Shown: piece by piece, positions 23,441-35,900 of the stretch
Layout: every line of letters starts with the position of its first letter
Numbering within the stretch: position 1 is the first letter of the stretch
DNA from: an uncultured Nitrososphaeraceae archaeon
GTDB taxonomy: Archaea; Thermoproteota; Nitrososphaeria; Nitrososphaerales; Nitrososphaeraceae
Assembly (NCBI GenBank): GCA_963765895.1
Contig: CAVXZB010000084.1
Span: forward strand, 511,656 to 575,655
Length of the DNA: 64,000 nucleotides
Reading direction: 5' to 3'
Program-made: the position numbers and the translations under genes
Notes under the pieces: generated by a model
What the model saw: the letters and a program-made list of their open reading frames with translations, nothing else
What the model was told of the DNA's origin: nothing
The model's database searches: none

Positions 23441-23617
23441 CACTCCCCACGCTCCCCACGCTCATCTAGATCTTTCAAATACTGGTATATATCATTAGTA
23501 AATATTCAATTTATGTATTCTGTATTTGTAGTAACTTCAACAAATTTTTTTCCTCCAAGACCAGATTACGAAAATGATCAAAAAATGGGCAAAAATGGCA
23601 TTTTACTCCCCACGCTC
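23441..23617. promoter_or_regulatory. Candidate iteron/origin region downstream of the Rep gene
   Basis: CTCCCCACGCTCCCCACGCTC at ~23443 and CTCCCCACGCTC at ~23606, separated by an AT-rich spacer. Confidence 0.45.
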
Positions 23618-23635
23618 TGCTTTTACTTCTTTAAT

Positions 23636-26415
23636 CTATGCGAATTCCCTTATAGTCTCTCTAATCTCTGCGCCAATCTCCGACCCTTCATAATCAGTAT
23701 ACGTCTCATTCCTAACCCCATCCTCAGGTTTAGCCTCGGAGGTATCTGTTCCATAATTGGTGTTAGTTGTGCATGCGTTAAGAGTATCGAATGTTTTTAA
23801 CTTTGTTTGACTCTCTACTGTAAGGTCGTCAATTTTTACATCTAATATATTCAACAACTTATGCACTCTTACGACTGCTATCTGTTTACCATGTGATTTC
23901 ATCATCTTTCCATCAAAATAGGCTGCAAATGTGCTCAGATTGGGTAATTGCTCGGTTGTTACTCCCTCCGCTTGTAATTCTCTTATTACACCGCTATAGA
24001 ACCCGTAGTTTCCAGTAGCTTTATGGTCTGACGGACTTCTCATCTCTTTACAAAATGGCAGGAGTTTATTATCAACCAGAAACCCAAGTCAATCATATGC
24101 ATTCTTGTAAGTGTCAAATGCAAGGCTGCCCTTCAGGTTCTTCATTTTATTGATAATCATGGTTTCAAATGCCACTATTACGGCGTCTTTCGCATCTGAC
24201 AGCGATTCTTCTAGGAAGACCTGTTTTAACTCCTTATCAAACCATTGTGGTATTTGCCTGTTATTATCTGTCTTGTATGTGGCTTCTAGTATTAATCTGG
24301 CCTTTTGAAAAGATGTTAGTTTCTTATCTAGTATGATTGCTTCGTTATCTGCGATAATCCTGTTTCTGAGTCTGCCTATAACATGTAGTTTATGAAGGTT
24401 TGGTACAATTTCGTTGTCAAATTTCTGAGCATCTTTACGTCCCTTCAAATGTGTTTCATGGATTGAATGGTGTCTTATGGCAAGTCTTTTCATCAATGCT
24501 GCGTTTTGGAATGGTGGCGGCTGGTTGCTAGTCATTATCAAGGCCGACAGTGCAGGTATCTTTTCCTTCTCTCTTGACTGGCTTAGCACCTTTCTAGCAA
24601 TTGGCTTATCTATCGCTGACTTGATAGCAGAGGTTAGTGTTGTATTCTCCTTACCTGTTCGGTTGTCTATAAGTTCCATTTCATCACTAAGAATCGGAAA
24701 CGTAGTCTTTGAAATGGTATCGCCTAATCTCGCAAGTGTATCAACCTGAGACATACTAATGATATAGTCATCATCTGTCTCGTGTCCATCTACAGCAAGA
24801 ACAACCTTTCCAGTTGAGGATTTGGTAGAATTTGGAGGTCCGTAGAAGTGCATCCACTCAAGTGTAGGTGATTTTATAACTTTGAATACGAAACTACATG
24901 GTGCTATTAATGCAAATTGTAAGGCATGTGCCAGTAGGTCTAGCCGACCCTTATAGATAGTCTTTGCTAGTAAGTCGATAAAGTCAAGTGCTTCTTTTAA
25001 TTCTGTTGAATTTATGCACCCAGGCTCCGGTATATCAACACCGCTATAGATTATCGAAGTTGCTTCTTCACTATTTGGAAAGAATCCAGTTACATCAATG
25101 TCATCGTTTTCCTCTAATAATTCTAGTTTTTCGAACCCTTTCCTTTGTGCGATAAGAGCAGCCTCTAAACCACGATCTGTTAATGCCTCAGTCTGCTTTA
25201 GTTTGCCGACTATCTCAGATAATGTTTTATGCTTTAGTGTGAAGTTACCCGACGGCTCCGAGCCACGGAATTCTATAGTAAATTTCTCTGGTATATCCAA
25301 GAACAGTAATGGATTTCTATGCTTGACTATCTTGATCGGCTTACAACATAGAAATGTCCTCGTATTGTATACCTTGCATATTTTCTGTGATGGATCTTCG
25401 TCGCTATTCTCCCACTTATGAATAATTTCTTCAAGTTTGTTATCTGGCGTCGATACTATGAACTTGTCTGGATTGCTATTTATCTGGTAGGAAACACACC
25501 CGGCCATACCAGCAAATTTGTTACGCTTGGCTCTGACTTCCTCGTGTACCTTATCACGGTTCTCTCTAAATGTATCAATTGTCCACTTACACAGTCTGTC
25601 AAATTCCTCTCTTGAACGCGGCGGATTGCAGTGCTGCCAAGTGCCATTCCCATGCTCTATTAAACTGTTGATCATCTGAATAGTTAAGCCATTCTCCAGA
25701 ATATTTCCAGTAATAATGTATTATTTTGAACTTGGTAGCATCATGTCTGCCCTGATTTATACCTAGTATGGTATCTGGTTTATCTAGCCATTCAGTGTAT
25801 CTCTGCTTATCGTCATCTGACATGTAATTTTTGGAAAGGGAGTCTATCTTTGCTTGTGTTCTTAATAGGTCATTATTATCTATAATCTTAATGTCGGAGG
25901 TATCCAGTGGCCTATACCTGTTTCCGAGTTTATGTATCGAGGGCGATGCAAAAAGTGCCTGTCGATCGCATCTTACCTCAAGGAGTGCATCTCCTATGTG
26001 GATTCGTCTGTTAACACCAAGAAGTCTTGTATGACTTTAGTATAGTGTGAATCTTTCCATCTTCAAAGTTATCATGCCATTCGACTCTTGTTCGCCTAGC
26101 AAGTGCTTTTACATGTTCCCATGTCTCTTCTTTGGTATCGCCCCCGAACCATGCTGTTATAGCATCCCAACCATCAAAATCTAGCGCAAATGTATAATGA
26201 CTTCCAGATACGGTTTTACCCAGTACTATGCATATACCTTGATCATATAGGCCGCTCTCTAACCGCTGTTTAAAATCTGCTTTAGAATAATCCTCTTCCT
26301 GCCACCCTTTCTTATCAACATGTTTATTCTTAGTATCTCCCTCAAAGATTGCAATATCATGAACATATGGCCATGATAATATTTTATCCTGGTCCTCTTG
26401 CGTCCAAATAGTCAT
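23636..26415 (-). CDS. Bifunctional primase-polymerase / PriCT-like / SF3-type helicase Rep protein, split by three frameshifts (~26030, ~25640, ~24090)
   Basis: ALDFDG (DxD), IH, ASPSIHKLGNRY (found in an unlisted frame), GRHD..HCNPP helical domain, Walker A-like GPPNSTKSS, Walker B ILSDE, motif C LIMTSN. Confidence 0.8.
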
Positions 26416-26525
26416 CTTTTATTTAACACCTCCTCTGCTAGAACAAACAACAGCAAACGATACCGAGATATCCGATGCGGCGTTAAGTGATTCAGCACAA
26501 CGATGCGGCCTCATATTGTCGTAGT

Positions 26526-26811
26526 CTAGTGATACATTTTTACCGTTCTTACATCATTATTTTTTATATGACAACCACAGCTACATCTAGTTTGGGAGGT
26601 AGTGCCTTCCATTAATAGAGCCCATCTATAACATAATGAATTCCTATACTCCTGACTTAAGGGGTTGATGATAATTGGTATCAGTTTCAACTCAAATCTC
26701 TCTACCTGCAACTAGATAGGCACTTTCCATGCTCTCTCTTTTTCTTTCTATATTCTTCAAAGCATTCATAAATAAAATGTGGATCAACTAATCCCATTAG
26801 GTGAGTGTTCA
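26526..26811 (-). CDS. Small element protein with C-terminal CxCxCH; in-frame TAG near 26713
   Basis: MNTHLMGLVDPHF...KVPI*LQVERF...RCSCGCH reads in one frame. Confidence 0.45.
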
Positions 26812-26825
26812 TCATACAATAGAAA

Positions 26826-27017
26826 TTATCGGGAGGTATTTTTCCATCTAACTTTGTCCGCTGTGCGTAGAATTATTTGCCTACTTGCATTTATATACTG
26901 TGCATACACTTTGTATAGGTTTAAGTTACTCCTTCTGAATACGGTCTCGACCCTTTCATTTTTGCGCTTATCGGATTTAATCCTCTCTTTAGAGAGTTTG
27001 TCATTTGTATTAGCCAT
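26826..27017 (-). CDS. Small basic hypothetical protein of the element operon
   Basis: 63-aa K/R-rich ORF, co-oriented and tightly packed. Confidence 0.45.
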   Translation of the reverse strand: MANTNDKLSKERIKSDKRKNERVETVFRRSNLNLYKVYAQYINASRQIILRTADKVRWKNTSR

Positions 27018-27135
27018 TCACGGAACCACTTTTAATTACTACTTTCTTGCCATCGATAGTACATTTCAAAAATTCCCCTTTCTCATACCTAGTTCCACTG
27101 CAAATTGCTTTGGAGAAACAGAGGTAGGGCTGCGA

Positions 27136-27417
27136 TTATAACTCTGAGTATTCATCGATGATCTTTTCCTCTTTGCTTGAGTTACAAATCGTTAATGAAA
27201 CGCCATTATCAGTTTCTGTTTCGTCGATCCATGTATCTTCGTTAATTCTTAGACTTTTTACTAGCTCTGGATGTATAATTATGAGTGTTTTTCCTGAGAC
27301 ACAAAATACCTTCTTTCGGAACTTTCTAGGGGGTGTAATAGTAACACCTATATTCTCTTCCGTTGATAATGAGGATGTCACAGGCCCATCAGCTCCTTGC
27401 TGTTGCACCTCCGACAT
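27136..27417 (-). CDS. AbrB/SpoVT-like DNA-binding protein (putative)
   Basis: KVFCVSGKTLIIIHPELVKSLRINEDTWIDETETDNGVSL resembles the swapped-hairpin pattern; overlaps the upstream gene. Confidence 0.6.
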   Translation of the reverse strand: MSEVQQQGADGPVTSSLSTEENIGVTITPPRKFRKKVFCVSGKTLIIIHPELVKSLRINEDTWIDETETDNGVSLTICNSSKEEKIIDEYSEL

Positions 27418-27637
27418 TTGCCGCTACAAACTGACTGTGGTCACCAACCTGTGCAGATTGTAGCGGTTTTTGAATTTTATTACTAGAAATACGTATGCTC
27501 CGCTTGCACGATGGGCATGTCGCATACATAAAGAATCGCCCTCGGTACTGCCATTCATAGTTACCACAAATAGGATTTGGGCATCTGATCCATACTCCTG
27601 CTGTGGCTTTTTTGTATATTTTATCTTCTACATTCAT
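27389..27637 (-). CDS. Zinc-ribbon protein, first gene of the element operon
   Basis: IRCPNPICGNYEWQYRG...ATCPSCK. Confidence 0.75.
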   Translation of the reverse strand: MNVEDKIYKKATAGVWIRCPNPICGNYEWQYRGRFFMYATCPSCKRSIRISSNKIQKPLQSAQVGDHSQFVAANVGGATARS

Positions 27638-28542
27638 TTCATCTTATTATCTCTTTATATAGCTAACGAATACTTCTAACTGTATTTATACTTTATACTT
27701 TATCTTTATCGTGTACTATCATAGTAACATAGCCATAAGAATTTTCATTGGTTACTAGGCCCACATAATGCTATCCATACTGTTACAGAATATTAGTATA
27801 AATGACTACAACTATATAGTTTTAGCAGAATAGGTATTTACTATGTACCATTGCAATAGTTATTTCTAAATTACGGCTATGGTTAATCTATAAAACAAGT
27901 ACAATTTTGAATCTTTTACTCTTGAAGTACATTTATACAATTTTTCAATGGTACGGGTATGAAAATAGATATAATTTTAAAAGGGTCGATATCCTATAGG
28001 AGACTAATGAGTGAAATATAACTTTCGGCGTTTGTATCATATTTTACGATAGACTGTTAGTATAGATTCAGTATATGAAAGAATAGTATTAATAATTATA
28101 TGAGATAGTATCAATATATTAAAATAGCGATGTCAACCGGCTATGGCACAAGCCGACACAGGTCCTCTCATCACTTTCTTCTCCTTGTATCATCGGTCTT
28201 TCAATTCTGCATTTAATTCTGATTATGAACGTCGAAAGTCCTTACTAAATTAGTCATAAATGGTGGTTGGAACTAGTGTCGCTACAAGTCATTATTCAAA
28301 TTCAAATTCAAACAGTTAGATGCAGCAACATGCGGCGTAAATCTGAGGATGTTATTATGCACTATCTAAATTGCAAGAATATGGACAAATAATAGCTTGA
28401 TCCATAGGTTGATGTGGTTTAACGTAGCTAGGCAAATAGTATATAAAAAATGGAATTTGAATTAATTTGAAAATGGAAATCGGCCGGCGAGCAAATAACA
28501 GTAATAGCCGGTAAAATAGCGCGCTGATAGTCTATGCTGGAT

Positions 28543-29118
28543 TTAATGTGCTCTTACGGCTTCTGCAAGCTTGATAGGGTCTCTGAGTAGATCTAGGATT
28601 TCATTATGTGCAGTTTGCATTGCAGCGATCTGCTCCCTTAGATCCATGACTTCCTTATCTCTAATTTGTTTCTGTAATAGTTTTGGATATCTGTTTAGTG
28701 TTAGTAAATCGATAGCCTTCAAGTAATCTTCTAGAACGTCTTGTTCTGTAGGTTTATAATAACTAGCTGAAACTCCAATATCATGCCCCATGGTGATCTC
28801 TACATTGATAGGTTTCATGACTTGTTCCGCATGAGTCTTGTAAAACTTTCTCATTCCATGCACCCCCTTCCACTCTCTACGACAGACTCCTTGGGGAAGT
28901 GGTTTGAATAAACCTTGGGCGTGAATAGCGCGCTCTATCAGACTTTTTATTCCGCTGCTCTTTAGCCTCTTAGGATATGTAGCAAAACCAAACTTAGCAC
29001 CATACTTGGTATCAATAGTCTGCCATAAATCTCTCATTAGCCATGATTCCTCAGTTATCCTCTCGCCCTGCTGTATACGATAATCCATCCATTCTTTCAG
29101 AGCAGAGTATGCATCTGT
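28543..29118 (-). pseudogene. Tyrosine recombinase/integrase, C-terminal half; 5' end lost
   Basis: HGMRKFYKT (HxxR), ITMGH, SASYYKP (catalytic Tyr region); the poly-Leu N-terminus in the ORF track is antisense microsatellite. Confidence 0.88.
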
Positions 29119-29119
29119 A

Positions 29120-29345
<226 letters not shown>

Positions 29346-29878
29346 CACATTTACAGCAACTCGGCATCACAAAATTAGTGCACAGTAGAAAAGAATATAT
29401 CACCTCATCTTGATTTTTTTTATCAAGAGTTTCTTCATAGGTAAGTTCTGTTGAAAAATGTCATTGCGTACTAATGAATTCTATAATATGTGGCATATGG
29501 CGCTCGCCATTCCCCGGCCAGCTACCAAGATTTGCGCATGCCAATTCGTTCTTATATGTATGGGCAAGACGTCATAGATGTCAGAGTATCCATAGTACTT
29601 TATTGTTTTTCACATTATTAATACTGGCCAACATTACATTGTATCGTAGCTCTTTTCTTTGTTATACAGAATTGAATATGTACTATGGATACTATGATGG
29701 ACAAGATATCGGTTGCTTTTTGAGCGGATTTTTGCCAGAATTGGAAACCAGAAGCGTCGGGGGACTTTCTGCGTTGCCAGCGGTGGATTCTGATTAAATG
29801 GTTTTATATGGGATTTAAGCCCATTAAATACCAACGTATATATGAGCTGGGTGCTAATAAGATAGTAGATGAAATGAA

Positions 29879-30367
29879 ATGGTAGATAATAATAAATCTA
29901 AAGACGAAATAATTACTACATCAACTAGGTCAGCTGAAGCGACTAACTTTTATGACACTGTAAGACAAAATTGCATTAGAATAGTAGACGAGTTTGCAAA
30001 GGCTCAACCGCAATGTTCGCAATCGGTGTCTAATCTACAGCTTAATTGCATTGCCGCAGCAAAGGACAGTATCAAAAGTATGGTTTCAGCTCACAGGCTG
30101 TTAGCAAGTAACGGAAACGTTCCACCAGTTGTAACACCGTCATACACGGATGAATTTGTAAAGCAATCAAACGAGATCACCGAGAACATAGTCAAAGCAG
30201 TTAGTATAAACAACCAGTTGACAGTCAACGCGATAAATGCAGCAGCAGAAAACTTCAGAACCCTTAATCGAACAATCGAGTCTGTGACAGAATATAACAC
30301 CAATACCGCAAATGCTTGGAATTCATTCGCCACAGTTCAACAACAACCGTTCCTCCACAAACAATAA
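29879..30367 (+). CDS. Helical Ala/Asn/Gln-rich protein, possibly phasin-like
   Basis: Intact 162 aa with amphipathic-helix character, T-rich terminator; functional call is recollection only. Confidence 0.6.
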   Translation: MVDNNKSKDEIITTSTRSAEATNFYDTVRQNCIRIVDEFAKAQPQCSQSVSNLQLNCIAAAKDSIKSMVSAHRLLASNGNVPPVVTPSYTDEFVKQSNEITENIVKAVSINNQLTVNAINAAAENFRTLNRTIESVTEYNTNTANAWNSFATVQQQPFLHKQ

Positions 30368-30859
30368 TTTTTTTTGTGTCCATTTTCTTTGTTTAAATGT
30401 TTATAGTATACATTTTTTGATTTAATCTAAAATGCAGCCATTGAGAGAATATGACGATTTATGCACGGTTTATGCATATGCCAGTGTTGTTTCTGTGTCT
30501 GCAAGGCTAAAATAGCAGATATTAAAACTACTAAAACTTACAATCGACTGAACTCATATAGATGCTATAGATGATGGCCGTTCTAGAAAAATTATTAAAG
30601 ATAATGTGTATTAGTCGTATAATGACTAATGATGAGATGCGTGAAATACAGGCACAGCAAGATGAACTAACCCGTAAACTTAATGAAAAAATTTCTGATG
30701 ACCTGAGAACAGGAGCAGGCAGACTCGAATATAAAATTAGGTGATTTGATGAGTGCGATGGCCCATAAATTAACAGCCGATTGGTATTCATCTATGCTAG
30801 TAATGACAATGCATTAGGTTACTTTATCCTAATTTTTGTTTTTGAATTATGGAATAACT

Positions 30860-31275
30860 TAACACGCTGTACTTGCATAGGTATCTTGTAAAATTTTGTT
30901 CAATTCATTTCTGGAAGTATCATTCAGTGCGTCAAAGTTACCTGTAAATTCTACAATACACATATCATCGTCTTCTTTAAGGGCAGTAACAGTCACCTTA
31001 TTTACTAGGTCTTCAAATGGTGTTTTTGGTGCACTTGCAATTCTCTATGTCATTGTTCTATCGTGGTCATTTAGCGATGTAAGTATCTCTATGGTCTCTG
31101 ATACTATTTTGCCTCCATCTACAGATACATAACATGTGTGTTTAGCTCCTATTCCATATCCATCCACCTTTGACGATGTTACCAGAGGATTAAACTTCCC
31201 ACTTCCACCAAAAGACTTTAGAGTTGTCCACACGTCTTCTGCAGGTGCATTTATTACAATGGATCTGGATGGCAT
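30860..31275 (-). pseudogene. SRPBCC (polyketide cyclase/START-like) protein, frameshifted near 31045
   Basis: SIVINAPAEDVW...FNPLVTSSKVDG.GIGA..T; continuation in another frame. Confidence 0.75.
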
Positions 31276-31693
31276 GAAGGGATCAATGGTCTTTCCATCA
31301 GAGATGTTTCTAAAGATTAATTACATCTACCGCACGTATAAGAGCGAGCAGCCAAGTGTAATCCATGTAGGTAATCGAGAATGTAACCTATCTGCGCAAT
31401 GTAACAATTAGTTATAAAGACAAGTGGTAAAAATTTCTAAAAATACAGATTCAAAGATGATAATAATTATACCATGTTAAAATATTACTTCATTTGGGTA
31501 TTTTTCTAGTTTATCTAACCAATCAGATAATCCTCAATGTGATTCGTGTCCTGATACGATTTTTATTATCTTGCCTTTATTTATCAAATATAGACAAGAT
31601 ATAAGTCTGAAGCCTATATATTTTGTAATTAGTCACAATGTTCCGCAGGATTTGTTAATACAGCCGCAATTTAAAGCCCATTTTGCTGCATAG

Positions 31694-32615
31694 ATGTATA
31701 TATATGGAATGTTAGCAAATGAGTTAGTATGTAAATCATGTTATAAATTCTCCGATTTAATCACAGACACAGAGTCTGGAGAATTGATTTGCACAAATTA
31801 TGGCATAGTTATTAGTAATGATAAGTCATCACAGGAGGTTACCCCAAAGTGGCGTGCATTTGATGCTAATCAAATGAGAGATAGAAATAGAGTAGGAATG
31901 CCCATGACATTAACACGTCACGATGGAGGGCTTTCCACAGTAATTGGAAGACCAGATAAGGGCTAGTGGACATGGGTTGGATAATTCAGTGAGTTCTATG
32001 ATGCATAGATTAAGAACATGGGACTATAGAATTCAAGCTGGTTCACCAACGGATAGAAGTCTTAAAAATGCGTTCCAGAAGCCTGACATACTAAAAGGGA
32101 AGCTGGGGTTGCCAGGTAATGTAATAGAAAAGGCAGCCTATATCTATAGAAAAGTACAGCACCTGAGGATGGTTAGGGGAAGAACAATATCTGCTGCAAT
32201 AGCAGCATCTATCTATATTGCTTCTAGGGAGGCTGGAGTTCCAAGAACATTAGCAGAGATAGCGTCTATTAGCAATGTATCATACAAGGAGATCTCAAAA
32301 GCATATAGACAAATAGTTTGGAATCTAGATTTAAAAGTTCCAATGGTAGATCCAATAAAGTGTATTGTAAAGATTGCAAATAAAATGGAGATAAGCGAGA
32401 AAATAAAAAGACATGCTGTAAATTATATGCACGATGTAATAACAAGTGGGATTGCGGTAGGAAAAGATCCTATGGGATTAGCGGGAGCGATTTTATACCT
32501 ATCGTTATTACGCAGCGATGAGCACAGGAGACAGTTAGATGTTGCCTCTGCCTCTGGAGTAACAGAAGTAACTTTGAGAAACAGATGTAAAGAACTTAAC
32601 ATAAAGATCCCCTAA
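31694..32615 (+). CDS. tfb: Transcription initiation factor IIB paralog; frameshift near 31960, last Zn-ribbon Cys replaced by Tyr
   Basis: CxxC..ITDTESGELICTNYG, WRAF, GLSTVIG, RLRTW, RGR, PRTLAEIA, GKDPMGLA, GVTEVTLRNR. Confidence 0.92.
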
Positions 32616-32853
32616 CTCAATTAATATAACCGACTATCCTGATAGGATAAGAAGTACCAGAAGTTTGGTATTACTTTTGCACAAGACTATCTTTATGGAT
32701 TTTGCCAAGGTTATTTTCTTTCCTTGATAAATCGACTAAGCAATATTCCTTATTTCATCAATAGGAACTATATGGTGTGTTGTCTTACATCAATGCTTAT
32801 CTATTATGAATATTACCATCTACCTATATGAGTAGGAGGCAAAATATAAAGTC

Positions 32854-33826
32854 ATGGTAGACATTCTATATGGCCGTGGCATAACTGACATCATACATGA
32901 ATTACCATATTACATTAGCCTATTCAAAAAATATGCTTCAATTAAATTGCTAAAGTCAAAACCTGTTATATGCGGCTCGGTAGATGTTAATAACGTCTGT
33001 AATTTGCATTGTAGTCATTGTTACTGGTGGTTGAATAGAAAAAATGATTCTATAGATCTAAGTGTACAAGACTGGAAAATAATAATCGCTAATATCTTTA
33101 AAAAACAAAAAATTTTTATTGTCACGCTAGTGGGAGGTGAACCCACTCTTCGTCCGGATATCATAGAAGCTTTCTGCGAGGAAATGCCCAAAAGAGTATG
33201 CGTTGTAACAAACGGAACATCTCCTCTAAAAAGATTTGAAAAATTATATTTATACTGGGTTTCCCTGGATGGGACTGAAGAGATACACGATAAGATTAGG
33301 GGGAAGGGATCCTATTCAACAACCAAACAAAATATCTTAAACTATATCTCATCGGGCCCAGAGCATAATGGCAAACCAGTATGGAAAAATATCTGGATTG
33401 CTATGACTATTAATACCTTAAATTATTCCAGCGTTGAGGACTTGGTTAAGGAATGGTACGGGAAGGTAAATAAGATCGGCTTCCAGTTCCACACTCCATT
33501 CATAAAGGGAGATCCATTGTGGTTGGAGTTTGGAGATATTCGAAACCAAGTAGTAGATAAGCTTATTGGGTTGAGGAAAAAATATCCATCATTTGTTATC
33601 AACGGAGAGAAACAGTTAAGTCTTATGAAAGGCAATTGGGGAGGACGCGGTACAACACCAGTAGATTGTCCTTCCTGGGCTATACTTTCTCTGGATCATA
33701 TGGGAAGGATAAAGCGAGCCATGTTGTATAGGTAGTGCCGATAGCAAAGGGCTGAAACCTATATGTGAGCAGTGTGGACTTGGATGTTATTCCATACTAG
33801 TCGCACAAGGTATCAAGGGCGCATGA
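32854..33826 (+). CDS. Radical SAM protein with a Cys-rich C-terminal extension; frameshift near 33715
   Basis: CNLHCSHC, GGEP, VTNG, VSLDG..HD.IRG; alternate frame gives PCCIGSAD..PICEQCGLGC to a stop at 33826. Confidence 0.9.
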
Positions 33827-34030
33827 GAATCTAGTCTAGGCTCAAATTTGGTAATATCAATGTGAAACAGACTGAATACCAAAGGTGATGGGCAATAAGA
33901 AACAAAGTAGCGAAAAATAGAACTTTGACAAAATGGATATGAAAATGAAATTGCTCTTAGTTTGTTACTAGCTGATACTTAGGACCTCAAATAATCGTCG
34001 AGTTATTGTTTCTTACAAGAACAGAGTATA

Positions 34031-34273
34031 ATACAAGGTATAGGTAACGGAGATGATCGTATTGCAGGAAGCCAAGGAAATGATATTCTGAATGGAGATG
34101 CAGGAAATGATTTGATACAAGGAAATTCAGGAAATGATCAAATATCTGGAGGCAATGGCAATGATATCCTTACTGGAGGTGCTGGACGCGACCAGTTTAA
34201 TTGTGGCGCAGGTATTGATACAATTACTGACTTTCAGCCAGGTGTGGATACGAAGGCAGGGAATTGCGAGTGA
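34031..34273 (+). pseudogene. RTX/hemolysin-type Ca-binding repeat protein, 3' remnant
   Basis: GSQGNDILNGDAGNDLIQGNSGNDQISGGNGNDILTGGAGRDQFNCGAGIDTITDF; no start codon. Confidence 0.8.
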
Positions 34274-34434
34274 ATATGACATTGTAAAATAGAATGGAAT
34301 ATCTCATAGTAGGCGAATATTAGCATGAGTGCGCTTATGGTCCCGTCATGTTTTCCCCAATATTACTATCGATTGTAGTTTGGTAAGTGCAAATTGCAAG
34401 GTCATACTTATAGAATGGATCTAGTAGTATCTTA

Positions 34435-34556
34435 CACCCGGGATACCCAGGATGTTTCTAACTCTAGAGAGAGGTTTGGATATATGTATACACAAAAAGG
34501 TATGATTAATAAGAACGTTATATTAAATTTCGAAACTATCCCGGGTATCCCGGGTG
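34435..34556. mobile_element. Inverted-repeat-bounded ~122-bp element (MITE- or origin-like), copy 1
   Basis: CACCCGGGATACCC...GGGTATCCCGGGTG perfect 14-bp inverted ends; interior homologous to the reverse complement of 58711-58834. Confidence 0.75.
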
Positions 34557-34723
34557 CAACTGGATCGCCGAGCACGGCGCGCCTACCTGTAGGAGTGATC
34601 TGGTCGTCCTCTGTTAAGTTAGGCCTAAGTGCTCAGCATGACCAAATGGAGATCACGCTCATGAAGCATAGCATGGGTTTTTCTAGTAATTATATATCCC
34701 TTGGAGGTCTTTTACATATTTTG

Positions 34724-35131
34724 TTAGACACAATTTTTATGAGGGTGAAAAATTATTCTTTTATCATCTTTCTCTAGATTTGTTACGTGGTCTATTGAGG
34801 ACTCTATATCGATTTCTTGGCCTACCTTTTCTTCCATATAATCTTGAAAATCTTTGATATCATAGAGTTCAGTATAGGATCTTCCAGATTCCAGTAAACC
34901 GATATTGTATCTGTTTATAGTCCTATAGTCTACGGGTGTCTTAAACGCGATTCCAATAATATAGTCTATGAACCAAACCTCCTGATCTTCAATTATGTAG
35001 ACATATTCTGCATTTGAATCTGCGGCTGTAATTTGCGGTTGGCTTATTTTCTTTACTTTAGTTCTGATCATGTGCATTCGTATCAAGCATATATACGCAA
35101 TACATCCAGTTAAGCGCTCCTTGAAACTCAC
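34724..35131 (-). CDS. Hypothetical protein
   Basis: 135-aa ORF with acidic, protein-like composition; true start probably the Met near 35070. Confidence 0.55.
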   Translation of the reverse strand: MSFKERLTGCIAYICLIRMHMIRTKVKKISQPQITAADSNAEYVYIIEDQEVWFIDYIIGIAFKTPVDYRTINRYNIGLLESGRSYTELYDIKDFQDYMEEKVGQEIDIESSIDHVTNLEKDDKRIIFHPHKNCV

Positions 35132-35279
35132 CCTCTGAAAGTATTATATTTTCGGAATATTCTTTTAGGCTCGATTCCTCTTATATGTCTGCAATCGTTA
35201 GTAGATCGAATTCATCTGGATAACATTTGAATGTAATAGGTGTAGTACCCTATGAAGATGTAACTTGGCTTTGTAGATA

Positions 35280-35900
35280 TTATGGTCGTGACTGTAGAGA
35301 TTGTATTGGTAATGATGATGATAATGAAGATGGTAGGTGAAATATTTCATTTGGATTTGCCATTGTCATTAGTCTTAAGATGGATGTTTGATATAGCTCC
35401 TTTTTATCAATTCGAATTAATGCTTTTAAGACATGTAATTCATTAAAATATCTACGCAATCCCGGCTCCCGTAACATCTTATGATAACGCGCCCTGTCCG
35501 TCTGAGGAACCATGCTTATAATTGTCTGCATACAGCTCCGCAAATTGTGTGTAATATCATGTTCACTAAGTCGTTCAACTTTTATCCCCTTTTCCATTAG
35601 GTGTTTGTTTATTCTGTCATCCTTCATTCTCTGCTTAAGCGTATGATGCCACTGATATCCTTCTACAAAGATGTGTATATTCGGCTCTATAAAAATATCC
35701 GGCTTCTTACCTTCAACGTTTTTATGGAGTTCAAACTTTATACATAAATAACTTAATCCATATTGCAACCTACGCTCTTTGAGTGCATTTTTGTTGTTCA
35801 CAACTTGACTTTTTCCGAATTGGGTGCTAGTAGGATTGTGTCCACGAATATACCTTTTACCCGGGTTAGCTTAGCCACGGGCAGCAGCCGCAGGCGAACT
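35280..35900 (-). CDS. DUF559/Vsr-like PD-(D/E)xK endonuclease with a broken N-terminal CGC...YIRGHN module
   Basis: KPDIFIEPNIHIFVEGYQWH...DDRINKHL.EKGIKVERL; upstream ACGCC and PGKRYIRGHN separated by a stop/frameshift. Confidence 0.7.

Noticed and set aside
23369-25615. Plus-strand ORFs at 23369, 24111, 24477, 25098 and 25418
   Set aside because: Antisense to the Rep gene or its flank, with no recognisable motifs.
26712-26714. In-frame TAG here and at ~29157 as possible stop-codon recoding
   Set aside because: Only isolated cases in decaying genes; TAG terminates other genes normally and no recoding machinery is visible.
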